64,000 nt of DNA from Eledone cirrhosa (lineage: Eukaryota), in NCBI GenBank assembly GCA_964016885.1, contig OZ024762.1, forward strand, positions 4,278,001-4,342,000. The letters run 5' to 3'. The position numbers and the translations under genes are program-made. Under the pieces are notes generated by a model. That model was given only the letters and a program-made list of their open reading frames with translations. It was not told where the DNA came from and searched no databases. Shown here in pieces: positions 1 through 10,811 of this stretch. Within the stretch, counting starts at the first letter, position 1; each line of letters opens with the position of its first letter.

Positions 1-262
1 GGCTGGTTTGAACACGAAAGGGTTAAGCCAAAGTTAAAAACAATATTGTTAACAAGGTGGCAGGCCAAACTAAATATTTTGCAGTCATCTCCCCTTGGTC
101 TCTGAGTTTCAATCGCTAAAAATAAACAGTAATAAACGTTTCAACGATTGACACAAGGATAGCAATATGGAGAGAGGGGAAAGTCGATTAAATCGATCCG
201 GGTACATTACTGGTACTTTATTTTATCGGCCCCACAAAGAGCCATAAGTATATGCTATAAAG

Positions 263-479
263 CAGGCATGTGAAACTGAGGATCTCCCGAGGGCCACATG
301 GGTGACATGTGTTGTCTGAGGGTCACACATGACAACTAATTGCGCACATTACAACACATTTTTTAAATTTTATATTACGAAGATAAAACATGCTCGCGCT
401 GTAAAACCCTTTGTTCGGGCCGCAGGTGTGATTGTAAGGGGTCGCATGCGCCCCGCGAGCCGCATGTGTATTATGCCTG
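263..479. mobile_element. hAT/Charlie-type MITE inserted into a SINE
   Basis: Termini caggcat...atgcctg. 8-bp target duplication ctataaag (255-262) / ctacaaag (480-487). The flanks rejoin into SINE sequence. Confidence 0.75.
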
Positions 480-542
480 CTACAAAGCATTATGTTCGAC
501 GCTCTACCGATTCTGCCAATCCATCGCCCTTACAAACACCAG

Positions 543-690
543 TAATAATTGTTTCTACTTTTAGCACAAGGCCAGAAATTACCTCAGTACATTACTGGTA
601 CTTTATTTTATCGACCCCCGTAAGGATGAAAGGCAAAGTTAACCTCGGCGGGATTTGAACTCAGACTGTAAAGGGACGTAACTATACTGC
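543..690 (-). mobile_element. tRNA-derived SINE family 1, 5'-truncated copy
   Basis: Matches full copies such as 28402-28594, including the B-box gagttcaaatcc and the body ctttgcctttcatccttacggggtcgataaaataaagtaccag. Confidence 0.85.
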
Positions 691-1378
691 CTCCACCGGC
701 TTCGATGATGAACCTTTAATTGTTCTATTAATTCAAAGGCTCTCAAAATGGGTGCTTCCTCACCCAGGGGCTTTGAGAAGGTCCAGAGGGTGCTGGGACC
801 TAAGGGAGCAGTAGAGATGAGATAATAATATATCAAATATCAAATGATATATATATAAATATAGTAAAATAAAAATATATATAATATTTATTTATACCTA
901 GCATATATTATATTATTTATTATGTATAGATTAAGGATTTTATTTATTATATATTATTTACGATTTGCGTGTAGACAGGTCTCTCTGTAAATAGGGTTGG
1001 GGGAACTGAGGGTTTTATGTGGCCGTGAGGGGTGACCTAAAAAGTTTGAGAACTTCCTGTTTTAACTGAACGTTCGACTTTCTTATAAACACTAAATACA
1101 TCGCTAAACATCATTACCACATAGCAATGTTGGGGTGATATCCGGTGGTGAGTGTGGACTGTGTAGTGAAAAATGCAGGTGTAGTCATTTTGTTAGTGTA
1201 GTCAGAGCAAGCAGTGTCAAGAATTAGGTTGGTTAGCTTACCAAACAGTACATTGAAATTACTTTATTTGGAAAACTGTAGGGGGGGTGGCGGGTTTAAG
1301 GGTTTTAACTTGTAGAAGGCTGAGTGAGGCGCTAAACACACCATCATTTGTCTTGTTGACACTGAAATAGGTACTCAC

Positions 1379-1533
1379 CTTATAATGAGAAGATAAGTGG
1401 CCGGTATACTACCCATGCCAATAAAGTTAATGATAGAAAGCAATCCTATAAATATATTTTTGTCTTGGCATTCGACTGGACATAAGCCTGCAGTGGCCGT
1501 CAGCCCTGGAATTCCATTGCAGTTGGTAAAATT
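1379..1533 (-). CDS. SLCO: SLCO/OATP coding exon 7 (end of loop 5, TM10); gene continues beyond the window start
   Basis: tttttccag|AAT...AG|gtgagt, 155 nt. Encodes NFTNCNGIPGLTATAGLCPVECQDKNIFIGLLSIINFIGMGSIPATYLLIIR. Confidence 0.93.
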
Positions 1534-1878
1534 CTGGAAAAAAAAAAGGAAATGTTTAAAAAAAGCACTCACACACACACACACACATACGTATGTCATC
1601 ATCATAATCATGATCATGATCATCATCACCACCACCACCACCACCACCACCTCCACCATCATCTTAAGCCCATTATCCATGCCGGCATGGGGTGGACACC
1701 TATCAGATAACTACATCTGGTCAATAAACTCCACATGACTAACGCCTTCCACTTTACAGAGTGTACTGGGTGTATGTTATCGTCTCACCAACACTGTGTA
1801 TATATATAACTATTGTTCTCGGTATGGTGAACTAACTGTTGTGTTACTACTTCTATATATATATATATATATATATAT

Positions 1879-2254
1879 AAGCAAAGGGATATTTAATTTG
1901 TTGGTAATTCAACAAATATATTTATAACAGATTCGAAGCACTCGACAGATTTTCTGGAGTATAATATCAATGATATTAATAAATGGAAACAATATATATA
2001 AAACCATATTTATTCTATTATATATATTTCAAGGGTACCAAAACTTTGGTACGCACTCATCAGATAAAATAAATGACTATCCAAACGAAACTTGAACCGT
2101 TAAGTTCTGATTCCTGAGTATGTCACTATTTATAAAACAAACTTTGTATTTTATCTGATGAGTGCGTACCAAAGTTTTGGTACCCTTGAAATATATATAA
2201 TAGAATAAATATGGTTTTATAAATATAGTTTCCATTTATTAATATCATTGATAT
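1879..2254 (-). mobile_element. Hammerhead-bearing fold-back element, family A copy 1 (PLE pLTR-like)
   Basis: Left end abuts (TA)n. 108-bp inverted arms at 1964-2071 and 2147-2254. Shares the aagcactc(g/a)aca motif with 20543, 45538 and 60024. Confidence 0.75.
2147..2207 (+). ncRNA. Type I hammerhead ribozyme motif (mirror copy on - strand at 2011-2071)
   Basis: UAUUUUAU-CUGAUGA-stem II (guaccaa/uugguac)-GAAA-UAUAUAUA|AUAGAAUA, with an 8-bp stem I. Confidence 0.75.
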
Positions 2255-2399
2255 ATATATGTGTGCGTGTGCGTGTGCGTGTGTGCGTGTGTGCGTGTGT
2301 GCGTGTGTGCGTGTGTGCGTGTGTGTGTGTGTATATGCATACATACATACATACATACAGACAGAATGATGAAAATGTTGCTCCGAAAGATAGTGAGGA

Positions 2400-2512
2400 G
2401 GAGCACGCGTTAGAATAGCCATTCTAAACTGGCGGTGTTCCCTTCCTGCGGTAGTCAACTCTGCCCCAATGTGAGTACAGAGATGGTGTGCAGTAGTATC
2501 CAACGCCGGAAG
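2400..2512 (-). pseudogene. CRE-like non-LTR retrotransposon, C-terminal fragment
   Basis: HIGAELTTAGRE...(frameshift)EWLF resembles TIGAELASRRCEPRELEWLFQRV at 50086-50250. Confidence 0.5.
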
Positions 2513-2548
2513 TTATACTCCTATACGAACATAATTACGAATTTCAAT

Positions 2549-2625
2549 ACGGGGTCGATAAAATAAAGTACCAGTAATGCACTGGGTAATTGCTGGCCTT
2601 GTGCCTAAAATAGAAACAATTATTA
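2549..2625 (+). mobile_element. SINE family 1, 3' fragment
   Basis: acggggtcgataaaataaagtaccagtaatgcactgggtaattgctggccttgtgcc...gaaacaattatt. Confidence 0.8.
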
Positions 2626-3039
2626 CGAATTTCAATTTGTATTTTTCACAATTTGAATTAAAATCCTGCTCTTTTGTACCGCATTTCTTGATCACCCGTT
2701 TAAGGAGCCAGTAAAACAGAGGGTGGAAAGTATAATAAACATATAATATGATATGGTACCGTAATTACCCCTTAGGGGAGGCGTAGGGCCACCGTATTGA
2801 GATGAACCCACCTCCTCTCCAGGTCTGAAAACAGAAAATTTCTTGCAGAGAAGGATAGAGTCGACACCAATACCTCAGTGCTTTCTACCCGACGTTCTAA
2901 CGATTCTGCCATTACACTGCCTCCAGTCAACATATAGAGCAGACGTTCTCTAGGTCTGAATACAGCCGATTTCTTCCAGTAAAGGATAGAAGGAGAAAGG
3001 AAGTGAGAAAGAGATATAGAGGAAGAATGGTCTCCAGTA

Positions 3040-3185
3040 CTTGACTGGTACTTTTTATCGACCTCAAATGGATGAAAGGTAAAGTTGACCTCAGCGTGAT
3101 TTGAACTCAGAGAGAAGAGAGCCGACATTAATTCCGCAGAGCATTCCATTCGACGTTTTAACGACTCTGCCATTTCGCCGCCTCT
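3040..3185 (-). mobile_element. SINE family 1-related copy
   Basis: The minus strand reads ggcgaaatggcagagtcgttaaaacgtcg (tRNA head), then a B box and ctttcatccatttgaggtcgataaaaagtacc. Confidence 0.7.
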
Positions 3186-3362
3186 AATCAACATATAGAG
3201 AAATATTAAAACAAAAGAGGAAAGAAAACGAAAAACCAAAGTAGGAAATTAAAACGAAAAACGAAAGTAGGAAATTAAAACGAAAAACGAAAGTAGGAAA
3301 TTAAAACGATATGTTAAGATATGTTAAGATATGTTTGATCGTGAAAAATTCTGTAAACTTAC

Positions 3363-3495
3363 AAAATAATTTCCCTCCGTACATCCGCCATGACAGGGTG
3401 AAAAATAGTTCTGTTGGTCAGCACCACATATAGGGAAATATTGGCGGACATCACAGTTACATCCATCAAGGAATGTCACGTTGGCCTGGAGTGAA
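3363..3495 (-). CDS. SLCO: SLCO/OATP coding exon 6 (Kazal-like extracellular loop 5)
   Basis: cttccag|T...TTT|gtaagt, 133 nt, phase 2 to 0. Encodes SLQANVTFLDGCNCDVRQYFPICGADQQNYFSPCHGGCTEGNYF. Confidence 0.93.
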
Positions 3496-3526
3496 CTGGA
3501 AGCAGACGATATATTTATATACTTAC

Positions 3527-4107
3527 TGTTGTTGTTGTGGTTGTTGTTGTTATTGTTGTTGTTGTTGTTGTGGTTGTGGTTGTTGCTGTTATTGTTGTTA
3601 TTGTTGTTGTGGTTGTTATTGTGGTTGTTGTTGTGGCTGTTGTTGCTGTTATTGTTGTTGTTGTTGTTGTAGTTGTTGTTGTGGTTGTTGCGGTTGTTGC
3701 TGTTATTGTTGTTGTTGTTGTTGTTATGTTGTTGTGGTTGTTGTTGTGGCTGTTGTTGCTGTTGTTGTTGTTATGTTGTTGTGGTTGTTGTGGTTGTTGT
3801 TGTGGTTGTTGCGGTTGTTGCTGTTATTGTTGTTGTTGTTGTTATGTTGTTGTTGTTGTTGTTATGTTGTTGTGGTTGTTGTTGTGGCTGTTGTTGCTGT
3901 TGTTGTTGTTGTTGTTGTTATGTTGTTGTGGTTGTTGTGGTTGTTGTTGTGGTTGTTGCGGTTGTTGCTGTTATTGTTGTTGTTGTTGTTATGTTGTTGT
4001 GGTTGTTGCGGTTGTTGCTGTTATTGTTGTTGTTGTTGTTATGTTGTTGTGGTTGTTGTTGTTATGTTGTGGTTGTTGTTGCTGTTGTTGTTGTTGTTGT
4101 GGTTGTT
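3527..4107. repeat. (TTG)n compound trinucleotide microsatellite
   Basis: Read directly from the sequence. Confidence 0.95.
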
Positions 4108-4312
4108 TTAGGCACAATGCCAGCAATTCGGTGGGAGGGGGAAGTCGATTAATCGACCCCAGTGCATTACTGGTACTTTATTTTATCGACCTCGTAGGGA
4201 TAAAAGGCAAAGCTAATCTCGACGAAATGTGAACTCAGAACGTAAAAGGCTGTAACTCTATGCCGCTAAGCATGTTGTCCGGCACTCTACCGATTTTGCC
4301 AATCCACCGCCA
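4108..4312 (-). mobile_element. SINE family 1, long-tail variant
   Basis: Same head and body as the other copies, plus a gtcgattaatcgac palindrome. Confidence 0.8.
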
Positions 4313-4445
4313 AATTTATAATAGTAATAATAATAAGTCTTTCCGACTTTACGAAGTACAAAATACTGGATTGGTGACCCACACAGGATAGCTCACTTCA
4401 ATTTTAAGGGTTGAGGCCCTCTTAAAGTGATTTATGTTAGCCTAG

Positions 4446-4634
4446 ATAATTGTTTCTACCTTTGGCACAAGGCCAGCAATTACCCAGTACATTACTGGTA
4501 CTTTATTTTATCGACCCCATAGGGATGAAAGGCAAAGTTAACCTCGGCGGGATTTGAACTCAGACCGTAAAGGGACGTAACTATGCTAGAAAGCATGGCG
4601 TCCAATTCTCTACTGATACTGCCAATCCACCGCC
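4446..4634 (-). mobile_element. SINE family 1, full length
   Basis: The reverse complement begins ggcggtggattggcagtatcagtagag (A box), has a B box gagttcaaatcc, and ends in the tail gtagaaacaattat. Confidence 0.88.
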
Positions 4635-4671
4635 ATAGGACATGATAATAATGCATTCTTTAAGCACTTAC

Positions 4672-4864
4672 GAATTGCTCATGGGGTTGTTGTTGATGAG
4701 AGGCCTATCGCAGCGTAAGAAAGTGAGAATAACTTCTAGAGCAAAGCAGACTGCAAAGGCGGTTAGTTTCATGACCATCATACCACGTATTTCAAGTTTC
4801 AATCGAGTCACAATTGAACAGCCAATCAGGATGCCGCAAATCGACGCCATAAGTCCCATGATAG
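4672..4864 (-). CDS. SLCO: SLCO/OATP coding exon 5 (TM8-TM9)
   Basis: ctaattgcag|CT...TC|gtaagt, 193 nt, phase 1 to 2. Encodes AIMGLMASICGILIGCSIVTRLKL...FLRCDRP. Confidence 0.9.
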
Positions 4865-4922
4865 CTGCAATTAGAGAAATCTTATGGTTATGAGAAATAT
4901 TGGATAGGTTATAGATTGAGGA

Positions 4923-4972
<50 letters not shown>

Positions 4973-5054
4973 TGCTAGTGAGAGTAGATGAAGGAGAGAT
5001 GAGAGCTACACTCCACTCCCTCCTCCAATCAGGGACTCACTCATAGATTGATGA

Positions 5055-5154
<100 letters not shown>

Positions 5155-5250
5155 GAGAGAGAAAAAATGAAAGAGACTGTGTGTGAAAGATAAATATGTT
5201 CTAATTCATAAGATATATTATATTATATATATTATATTATATTATTTAAT

Positions 5251-5358
5251 ATCCCGCCGAGGTTGACTTTGCCTTTCATCCTTACGGGGTCGATAAAATA
5301 AAGTACCAGTAATGCACTGGGTAATTGCTGGCCTTGTGCCTAAAGTAGAAACAATTAT
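5251..5358 (+). mobile_element. SINE family 1, 3' half
   Basis: Near-identical reverse complement of 4446-4553. Confidence 0.88.
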
Positions 5359-5388
5359 TTAATGATCATATAGCAATAAGAAATTTAC

Positions 5389-5553
5389 CTAATATATAAT
5401 TGGTTTTCCAGGCAGGTAGGAAAAACTGATGCTGGAAATATTTCGGAAGGAACGACCATAAACCGTTGAAACAGAACACAAGTATGAGATCCCCGATTAA
5501 CAAGATTAGAAAGACTGGGTTGGCAACAAGTCCTTTCAGTGATGAGGGTAACT
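5389..5553 (-). CDS. SLCO: SLCO/OATP coding exon 4 (TM7)
   Basis: ttttccag|AG...G|gtaaat, 165 nt. Encodes ELPSSLKGLVANPVFLILLIGDLILVFCFNGLWSFLPKYFQHQFFLPAWKTNYIL, with the OATP 'NP.F' and 'FLPKY...QF' motifs. This frame is not in the ORF track. Confidence 0.92.
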
Positions 5554-5636
5554 CTGGAAAATAGGAACAATAACAAAGATAAAGTAAAGGAAAACATTAC
5601 AGAAACACACACACAAATATCATATATATATAATAC

Positions 5637-5826
5637 TGGATTCGCAATCGTGAGGTTGTCTGTTCGATTCCTGGACCGGGCAGTGCGTTATGTCCTTGGG
5701 CAAGACACTTTATTTCACGTTGCTCCTTCTACCTAGAGTTGCGACCTATAGTAGATAGTATTAGCAATTGGAAAGACCAACGGAAACATTGTTTCCTCGG
5801 TCCGATTTGACGAAAGTCGATGGACA
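5637..5826 (+). mobile_element. tRNA-derived SINE family 2, partial
   Basis: gttcgattcc B box followed by gtccttgggcaagacactttatttcacgttgctcc. The body is shared with 49400-49625 and 56250-56480. Confidence 0.7.
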
Positions 5827-5930
5827 ATATATATATATATATATATATGTTAAGTATTTCCGTAGAAAAGGTAAAGGAATAAAGAGTGCTCTATGTATTG
5901 TACAGAGCTATTTAATTACATAATAAACAT

Positions 5931-5932
5931 AT

Positions 5933-5975
<43 letters not shown>

Positions 5976-6630
5976 GTTTCTTTATTGGCCACAAGGGCTA
6001 ACACGAAGAAAAACATTACAGACGGCACAGAACAGTACAGGACGATACAAAGTGGGTTTTGGTCGTGTAAACAGGTTATAACAAGATAGAAATCGGGATA
6101 GAAATTAAAAAATTCAAACACCAAAAATTCCCCCAAAAGGGAGAAACCTCCGAGGGTCACTCGCGGCGAAAACCACACAAAAGACCAACTACCTGCCATT
6201 TCTCCTCTTTAAAGGAGGATGGCGGGGCTATCTGCACAATGGACTCAGTCGATAACCGGATCCGTCCTACACGCGGCAGCAGCTGTTCGACATAGCTCCA
6301 CAAGTCAGCAATGCTCGGGCACTGAACGAGTGCGTGCAGGACGGTTTCGTCGCCCTGCGCACATCTCGGACAGGTCGGCTGGCAGCACTTCTGTGCCTGT
6401 AGAGCTTATCCCGAACCGGAAACGCTCCCTGGTAGCACTGCCAGGCCAGGGATTTCTGGAAGTTGTCCACAGGCCCCGGGCTGAAAGTTCTCTTGAAGAG
6501 AGCGAACAGCTGATCTTCTTCGGCGCCCAGAGTCTACCCGAGAACGTCGTCGCTTTTCCCTTCCACTAGCCCTCAGCCTCAGCGCGTATTTGTGCATCAT
6601 CAGCCACGGCATGCCCAATCCTCGACGCAA
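5931..6630 (-). mobile_element. Tx1/L1-like LINE 3' remnant with (ATT)n tail
   Basis: DNFQKSLAWQCYQGAFPVRDKLYRH followed, after a frameshift, by a C..C..ETVLHALVQCP zinc-knuckle. 3' end gcccttgtggccaataaagaaac plus (ATT)n. Confidence 0.7.
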
Positions 6631-6776
6631 CGGAAGAAGAAGAAGAAGCAGGCTAGGTGGTGATTTAGCAAAGCATATATGTATATATATATATAGTGGC
6701 AGAACACTGGTGGGTTATATTCGCAGTAGTAGAGCACTCAGTCCATCGTTTCCTTTTCCATTTTATCTCATTTAAA

Positions 6777-6818
6777 CCGAACTGATGATCCGTTTGAGGT
6801 GAAACAAATTGTTCTCGG
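6777..6818 (+). ncRNA. Degenerate hammerhead-like motif
   Basis: CCGAA-CUGAUGA-UCCGUUUGAGGU-GAAACAAAUUGUUC-UCGG, lying between two (TA)n tracts. Confidence 0.4.
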
Positions 6819-6845
6819 AAATGGTGTATTAACTGTGTGGGACTA

Positions 6846-6955
<110 letters not shown>

Positions 6956-7409
6956 CATACACGGAACGAAAGTGTTACCCAACGTTTCCAGGCCAACACT
7001 TGACCATGCCCCCAGAAGATATGACGCATCAAAATTGTTCAGGCGCTAATACGAGTTTATAAGATACCATTAAAAGTATATTTTGTTAAGACGCACATTT
7101 ACGAAAATTATCTTCATAAAACAAAGGGAAATAACTCCAAGATGTAAATATGAATTATGAGATCAACCACGTGTTTGTGTTCATATACTATAACATAAGT
7201 ATCGTATTATGTAGTGGAATGTAATATAGAGACGGTAATATTTATTAAGGTATGGAGTAGTATAGAAAGTATTGTATTATGTATAGAAAGAGAAAGAAAA
7301 GATATAACAGAAGTATATAAAGCAAATTAAGGTGGCTGAAAATCAATGGAATGTGTTGAATATTTCCAATTAGGAAACAGTTGGCTTTTAAGATGGAGGC
7401 TTCCCCTAA

Positions 7410-8170
7410 AAATTTAGCCCTTTGAGTTCAAGTGAATATTGTTTGGAGATGACAAACCTTGTAATATCCTAAATTTCTCCCTCGGATAGAGATCACATGT
7501 CTTCGTACCGTTGGTGTAAAGCCTGGATATTTCAATTACCTTCCAAGATATCTTATCTGGGACTCCTTTTTCCTTTAATTACTAGACTTTTTTCGCCGGG
7601 GCTGTACTGGTTCTCTTATCAGGATTCCTGAAGGAGTGGAGATGCGTGTAAAAACGTTGTTTAAATGATCTTGAACCATACCGACATACTTTCTGTGTTG
7701 TGTGTAATCACTGCCTCATACTCAGCAGATTTGATATTACAATTCTATTAGAGAGAGCACTTCTCTTTAATTATACAAGAGCAGCTTGGATTATGTCAGG
7801 TATATTTTTTGCTATAATTTTTGATCCAATGGACGGTCCACTTGAATAGGACATCTACGATTGAATATTTTACTGTATTTATGTTGTGGTTAGAAATGTC
7901 TATCTAATAAATCTAAAAGGTTTATACATTAGTCTTTACTTTAAGAGAATAGGGGGAGGGGTGTGAACAAGATAATTCTTCCTTTTCTATTATTATTTTT
8001 AGTATGGTTGGGAATGATTGAGTGTGTACATAATTGTGTTCTTAAAACCACTATCTAAGAGGGCTTGGTTGTAGTAAGACGCAGCCTTGTCAAAAATCTC
8101 TCTGGTTGCTGATAGATTAGAGATCCTACGATTAATGCTAGAAACTAAGTTTCTAAAGACAATGGGGATT
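7410..8170 (-). pseudogene. Penelope-like element remnant (RT thumb + GIY-YIG endonuclease, Naiad-like motifs)
   Basis: Minus-strand pieces read SINRRISNLSATREIFDKAASYYNQALLDSG, PYSLKVKTNV, YVGM..SFKQRFYTHLHSFRNPDKRTST and ISWKVIE..YTNGTKTCDL..REK. Contains stops and frameshifts. Confidence 0.75.
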
Positions 8171-8439
8171 TTCTGCCTTTGGTTTGATTCTCTTCTCTTC
8201 CTTTTCTTCTTTTATGCCCTTACCAGTAAACACCTTCCGGTTTATTTTCATCGGCACAGGTTGAAGAAGTTGGTAATCATTGACCAACGAAACGTACGTT
8301 GTAGTAACTGACCTGAACAATTATATTCAGACACACCATACGACTGAAGTTGCTCTATATCTTGGATTTTTACTTACTTACTACTACTACTACTACTACT
8401 TTTCATTGCTAATACTATGTACTGGTCGAAATTCCTGGC

Positions 8440-8563
8440 AGAATGAGTAATGTGAAATAAAGTGTCTTGCTCAAGGACATAAGGTATCGCTCGGTCCAGG
8501 AATTCAACTCACAACCTCACGATTGCGAATTCTATTCTCTAACCACTACTAAGCCACGTGCCT
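8440..8563 (-). mobile_element. SINE family 2, 5' half
   Basis: The minus strand reads aggcacgtggcttagtagtggttagag...gttgaattcc...gtccttgagcaagacactttatttcac. Confidence 0.75.
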
Positions 8564-8604
8564 TCATAATATGAATAGAAATACAATATTTTCTCTTTTC
8601 TTAC

Positions 8605-8838
8605 CTTTTAACTTTTCTTTGAACGAAGACTTTTTGGTTTGAATGTTTTCTGTGGTTTCTTTGACAAATAAATCAACGGCGGAGTCGAGAGTACTGGGTT
8701 TCGGCTTGACCTCTTTAGGCATTTCTTTAGGAAAAAAGATCAAGGGAAATCCGAACAAAACGGTGAAACCTGCAATACAAAGGAATCCTACCCACCATGC
8801 CCCAATCCAATTAGGGTCCTTCGGTGTTATATCGGTTC
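8605..8838 (-). CDS. SLCO: SLCO/OATP coding exon 3 (OATP signature, TM6)
   Basis: ttgcag|GA...G|gtaag, 234 nt. Contains DPNWIGAWWVGFL, a variant of the signature D-x-R-W-[IV]-GAWW-x-G-[FL]-L, followed by FFPKEMP. Confidence 0.95.
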
Positions 8839-9179
8839 CTGCAATAATAAGGATCAAAGATTAGAAAGGTTACTCGCAGGAAACAAGTTTTTCTGCAATT
8901 ATCTATATTTTTTTCTCTCTCTCTCCGCTCTCTCTCACCCTCTTTTCCCACCCCCTTTCCCCCTCTCTTTATCTCTCCCTTCTTGCCCCCTCTCTTTATC
9001 TCTCCCTTCTTGCCCCCTCTCTCCCCTTCTCTCTCAATCGGGTCGTTTTGTAGGATCGGCTGTTATTGCATTTAATTGTGTTCGTGGATAGCTTTGGATA
9101 GGTTTGTATTTATTTATGTTCAATTTAGGTAATCTACGTTCTTAGTTGCATATAAGAGGCGGGGAAGGGTGTTTCTGGA

Positions 9180-9465
9180 CAAAGAGATGAACCCAACACT
9201 CATCTTGAATTAGGAAACGTTCAAGGAAACCAGCTGCATCTGCCTCAAACAATGTCAAATTTCCCCGTGATGTGATCAGCCTGGTGTGCTTTTGACCAGG
9301 TCACGTCAGAAACGTGTCAACCACTGACCAGAAACCATCGTCATGTTCATTGTGCAGAATATCTTTAAATCTCTCAAGAGATATGCTAATAGCATTGGCT
9401 ATTTGATTTATATTTAATCACCTGTCATCCAATCAATGTTTTCCTCGGTGGTGGCAGTTGCAGGA
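9180..9465 (-). pseudogene. Mariner transposase N-terminal fragment
   Basis: 9215-9300 aligns by eye with the mariner remnant at 43797-43880 (cagctgcatctgcctcaaacaatgtca...). Confidence 0.6.
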
Positions 9466-9501
9466 ACGATATGTTAAGACATGTTTGAGGTCGTATATCA
9501 T

Positions 9502-9661
9502 GTGACGAAACATATGTCAATTGCATGAACTCATAATCCTTTATTTACTGCTATATATATTTCGATGATAGCCATTGAATAGCTATGACCTCATCAGGCA
9601 ATTAGTCAGTTCTTAGATATGCCAGCTCTGTGTTTTTGGTGTTGATGGTTTCAGTGCCTTG

Positions 9662-9665
<4 letters not shown>
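9502..9665 (-). mobile_element. 164-bp hammerhead-containing element, family B copy 1
   Basis: About 8 mismatches to 62351-62514, with identical end points. Hammerhead at 9547-9602. Abuts (TA)n. Confidence 0.8.
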
Positions 9666-9727
<62 letters not shown>

Positions 9728-9940
9728 AAAAAATATGTAATCGAAAATGCAACTGGAGTCTTTTTTTTTAAATATATTTATTTGGTTCCTTTACCGGTTT
9801 CGCAGTTCTTGTGCTTTTCAAAAGTAGAGTTGAGATGGAGGGTCTGTGGCTTTTCTCACATGTGAGAGCTAAGAGAACACGCCTATTCTCGGTGAGAACG
9901 GCGTAAAGAGAGAAAGAGAGAGAAAGAGAGAGAGTGGGAG

Positions 9941-9981
<41 letters not shown>

Positions 9982-10170
9982 GAGATGGAGAGAAAGAAAG
10001 AGAGAGAGAGAGAGTGTGATAGAGTGAGAGAGATGTATATGTATATACATCTCTCATATATATATATATATATTTATTCTTGTATATATGTATATATACA
10101 AGAATAAATATATAATCAGATAAACAGCAACAATAGTGGAAGTTAGAGAAATGGAAATAAAAGTTCTTAC

Positions 10171-10257
10171 CGACAAGATCGACAGGGATTTGACTGATGA
10201 TTCCTCCCAATATAAATATACAGCCATTACCAAGGATAGAAAGTACCACCATTAATC
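10171..10257 (-). CDS. SLCO: SLCO/OATP coding exon 2 (TM5)
   Basis: tttcag|GA...G|gtaag, 87 nt, phase 1/1. Encodes (G)LMVVLSILGNGCIFILGGIISQIPVDLV, matching the OATP 'GF.LGG..L.I.VD' segment. Confidence 0.9.
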
Positions 10258-10418
10258 CTGAAACGTTAGAAGAACGATGGTTGTATATAGAAAATATATA
10301 TATAATGGTTGTATACAGAAGACATATCTAAACTATAATAAAGGAAGGTCTGCGGGACTGCGTACGGTTTATTTTTTTTTTATCCTGTTAGTAAAATAAG
10401 TTGGATTACTTTGAATAA

Positions 10419-10577
10419 ATAATTGTTTCTACTTTTGGCACGAGTCCAGCAATTACCCAGTACATTACTGGTACTTTATTTTATCGACCCCGTAAGAATG
10501 AAAGGCAAAGTTAACCACGGCGGGATTTTAACTCAGATCGTAAGGGCCGTAACTCTATACGCCAAAGCATGGCGTCC
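10419..10577 (-). mobile_element. SINE family 1, 5'-truncated
   Basis: Same body and tail as the other copies. Confidence 0.8.
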
Positions 10578-10684
10578 GTAAATGATAATAGCCAATGTGT
10601 ATTTCTCCGACACACTCGAGAGATGACTGAGGAAGGAAGGAGTGATGACAAACTACAGAAAGCAGCGTCTAACATTCGCTACGT

Positions 10685-10811
<127 letters not shown>

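Noticed and set aside
3473-4232. Cys-rich metallothionein/keratin-like ORFs
   Set aside because: (TTG)n microsatellite in an SLCO intron.
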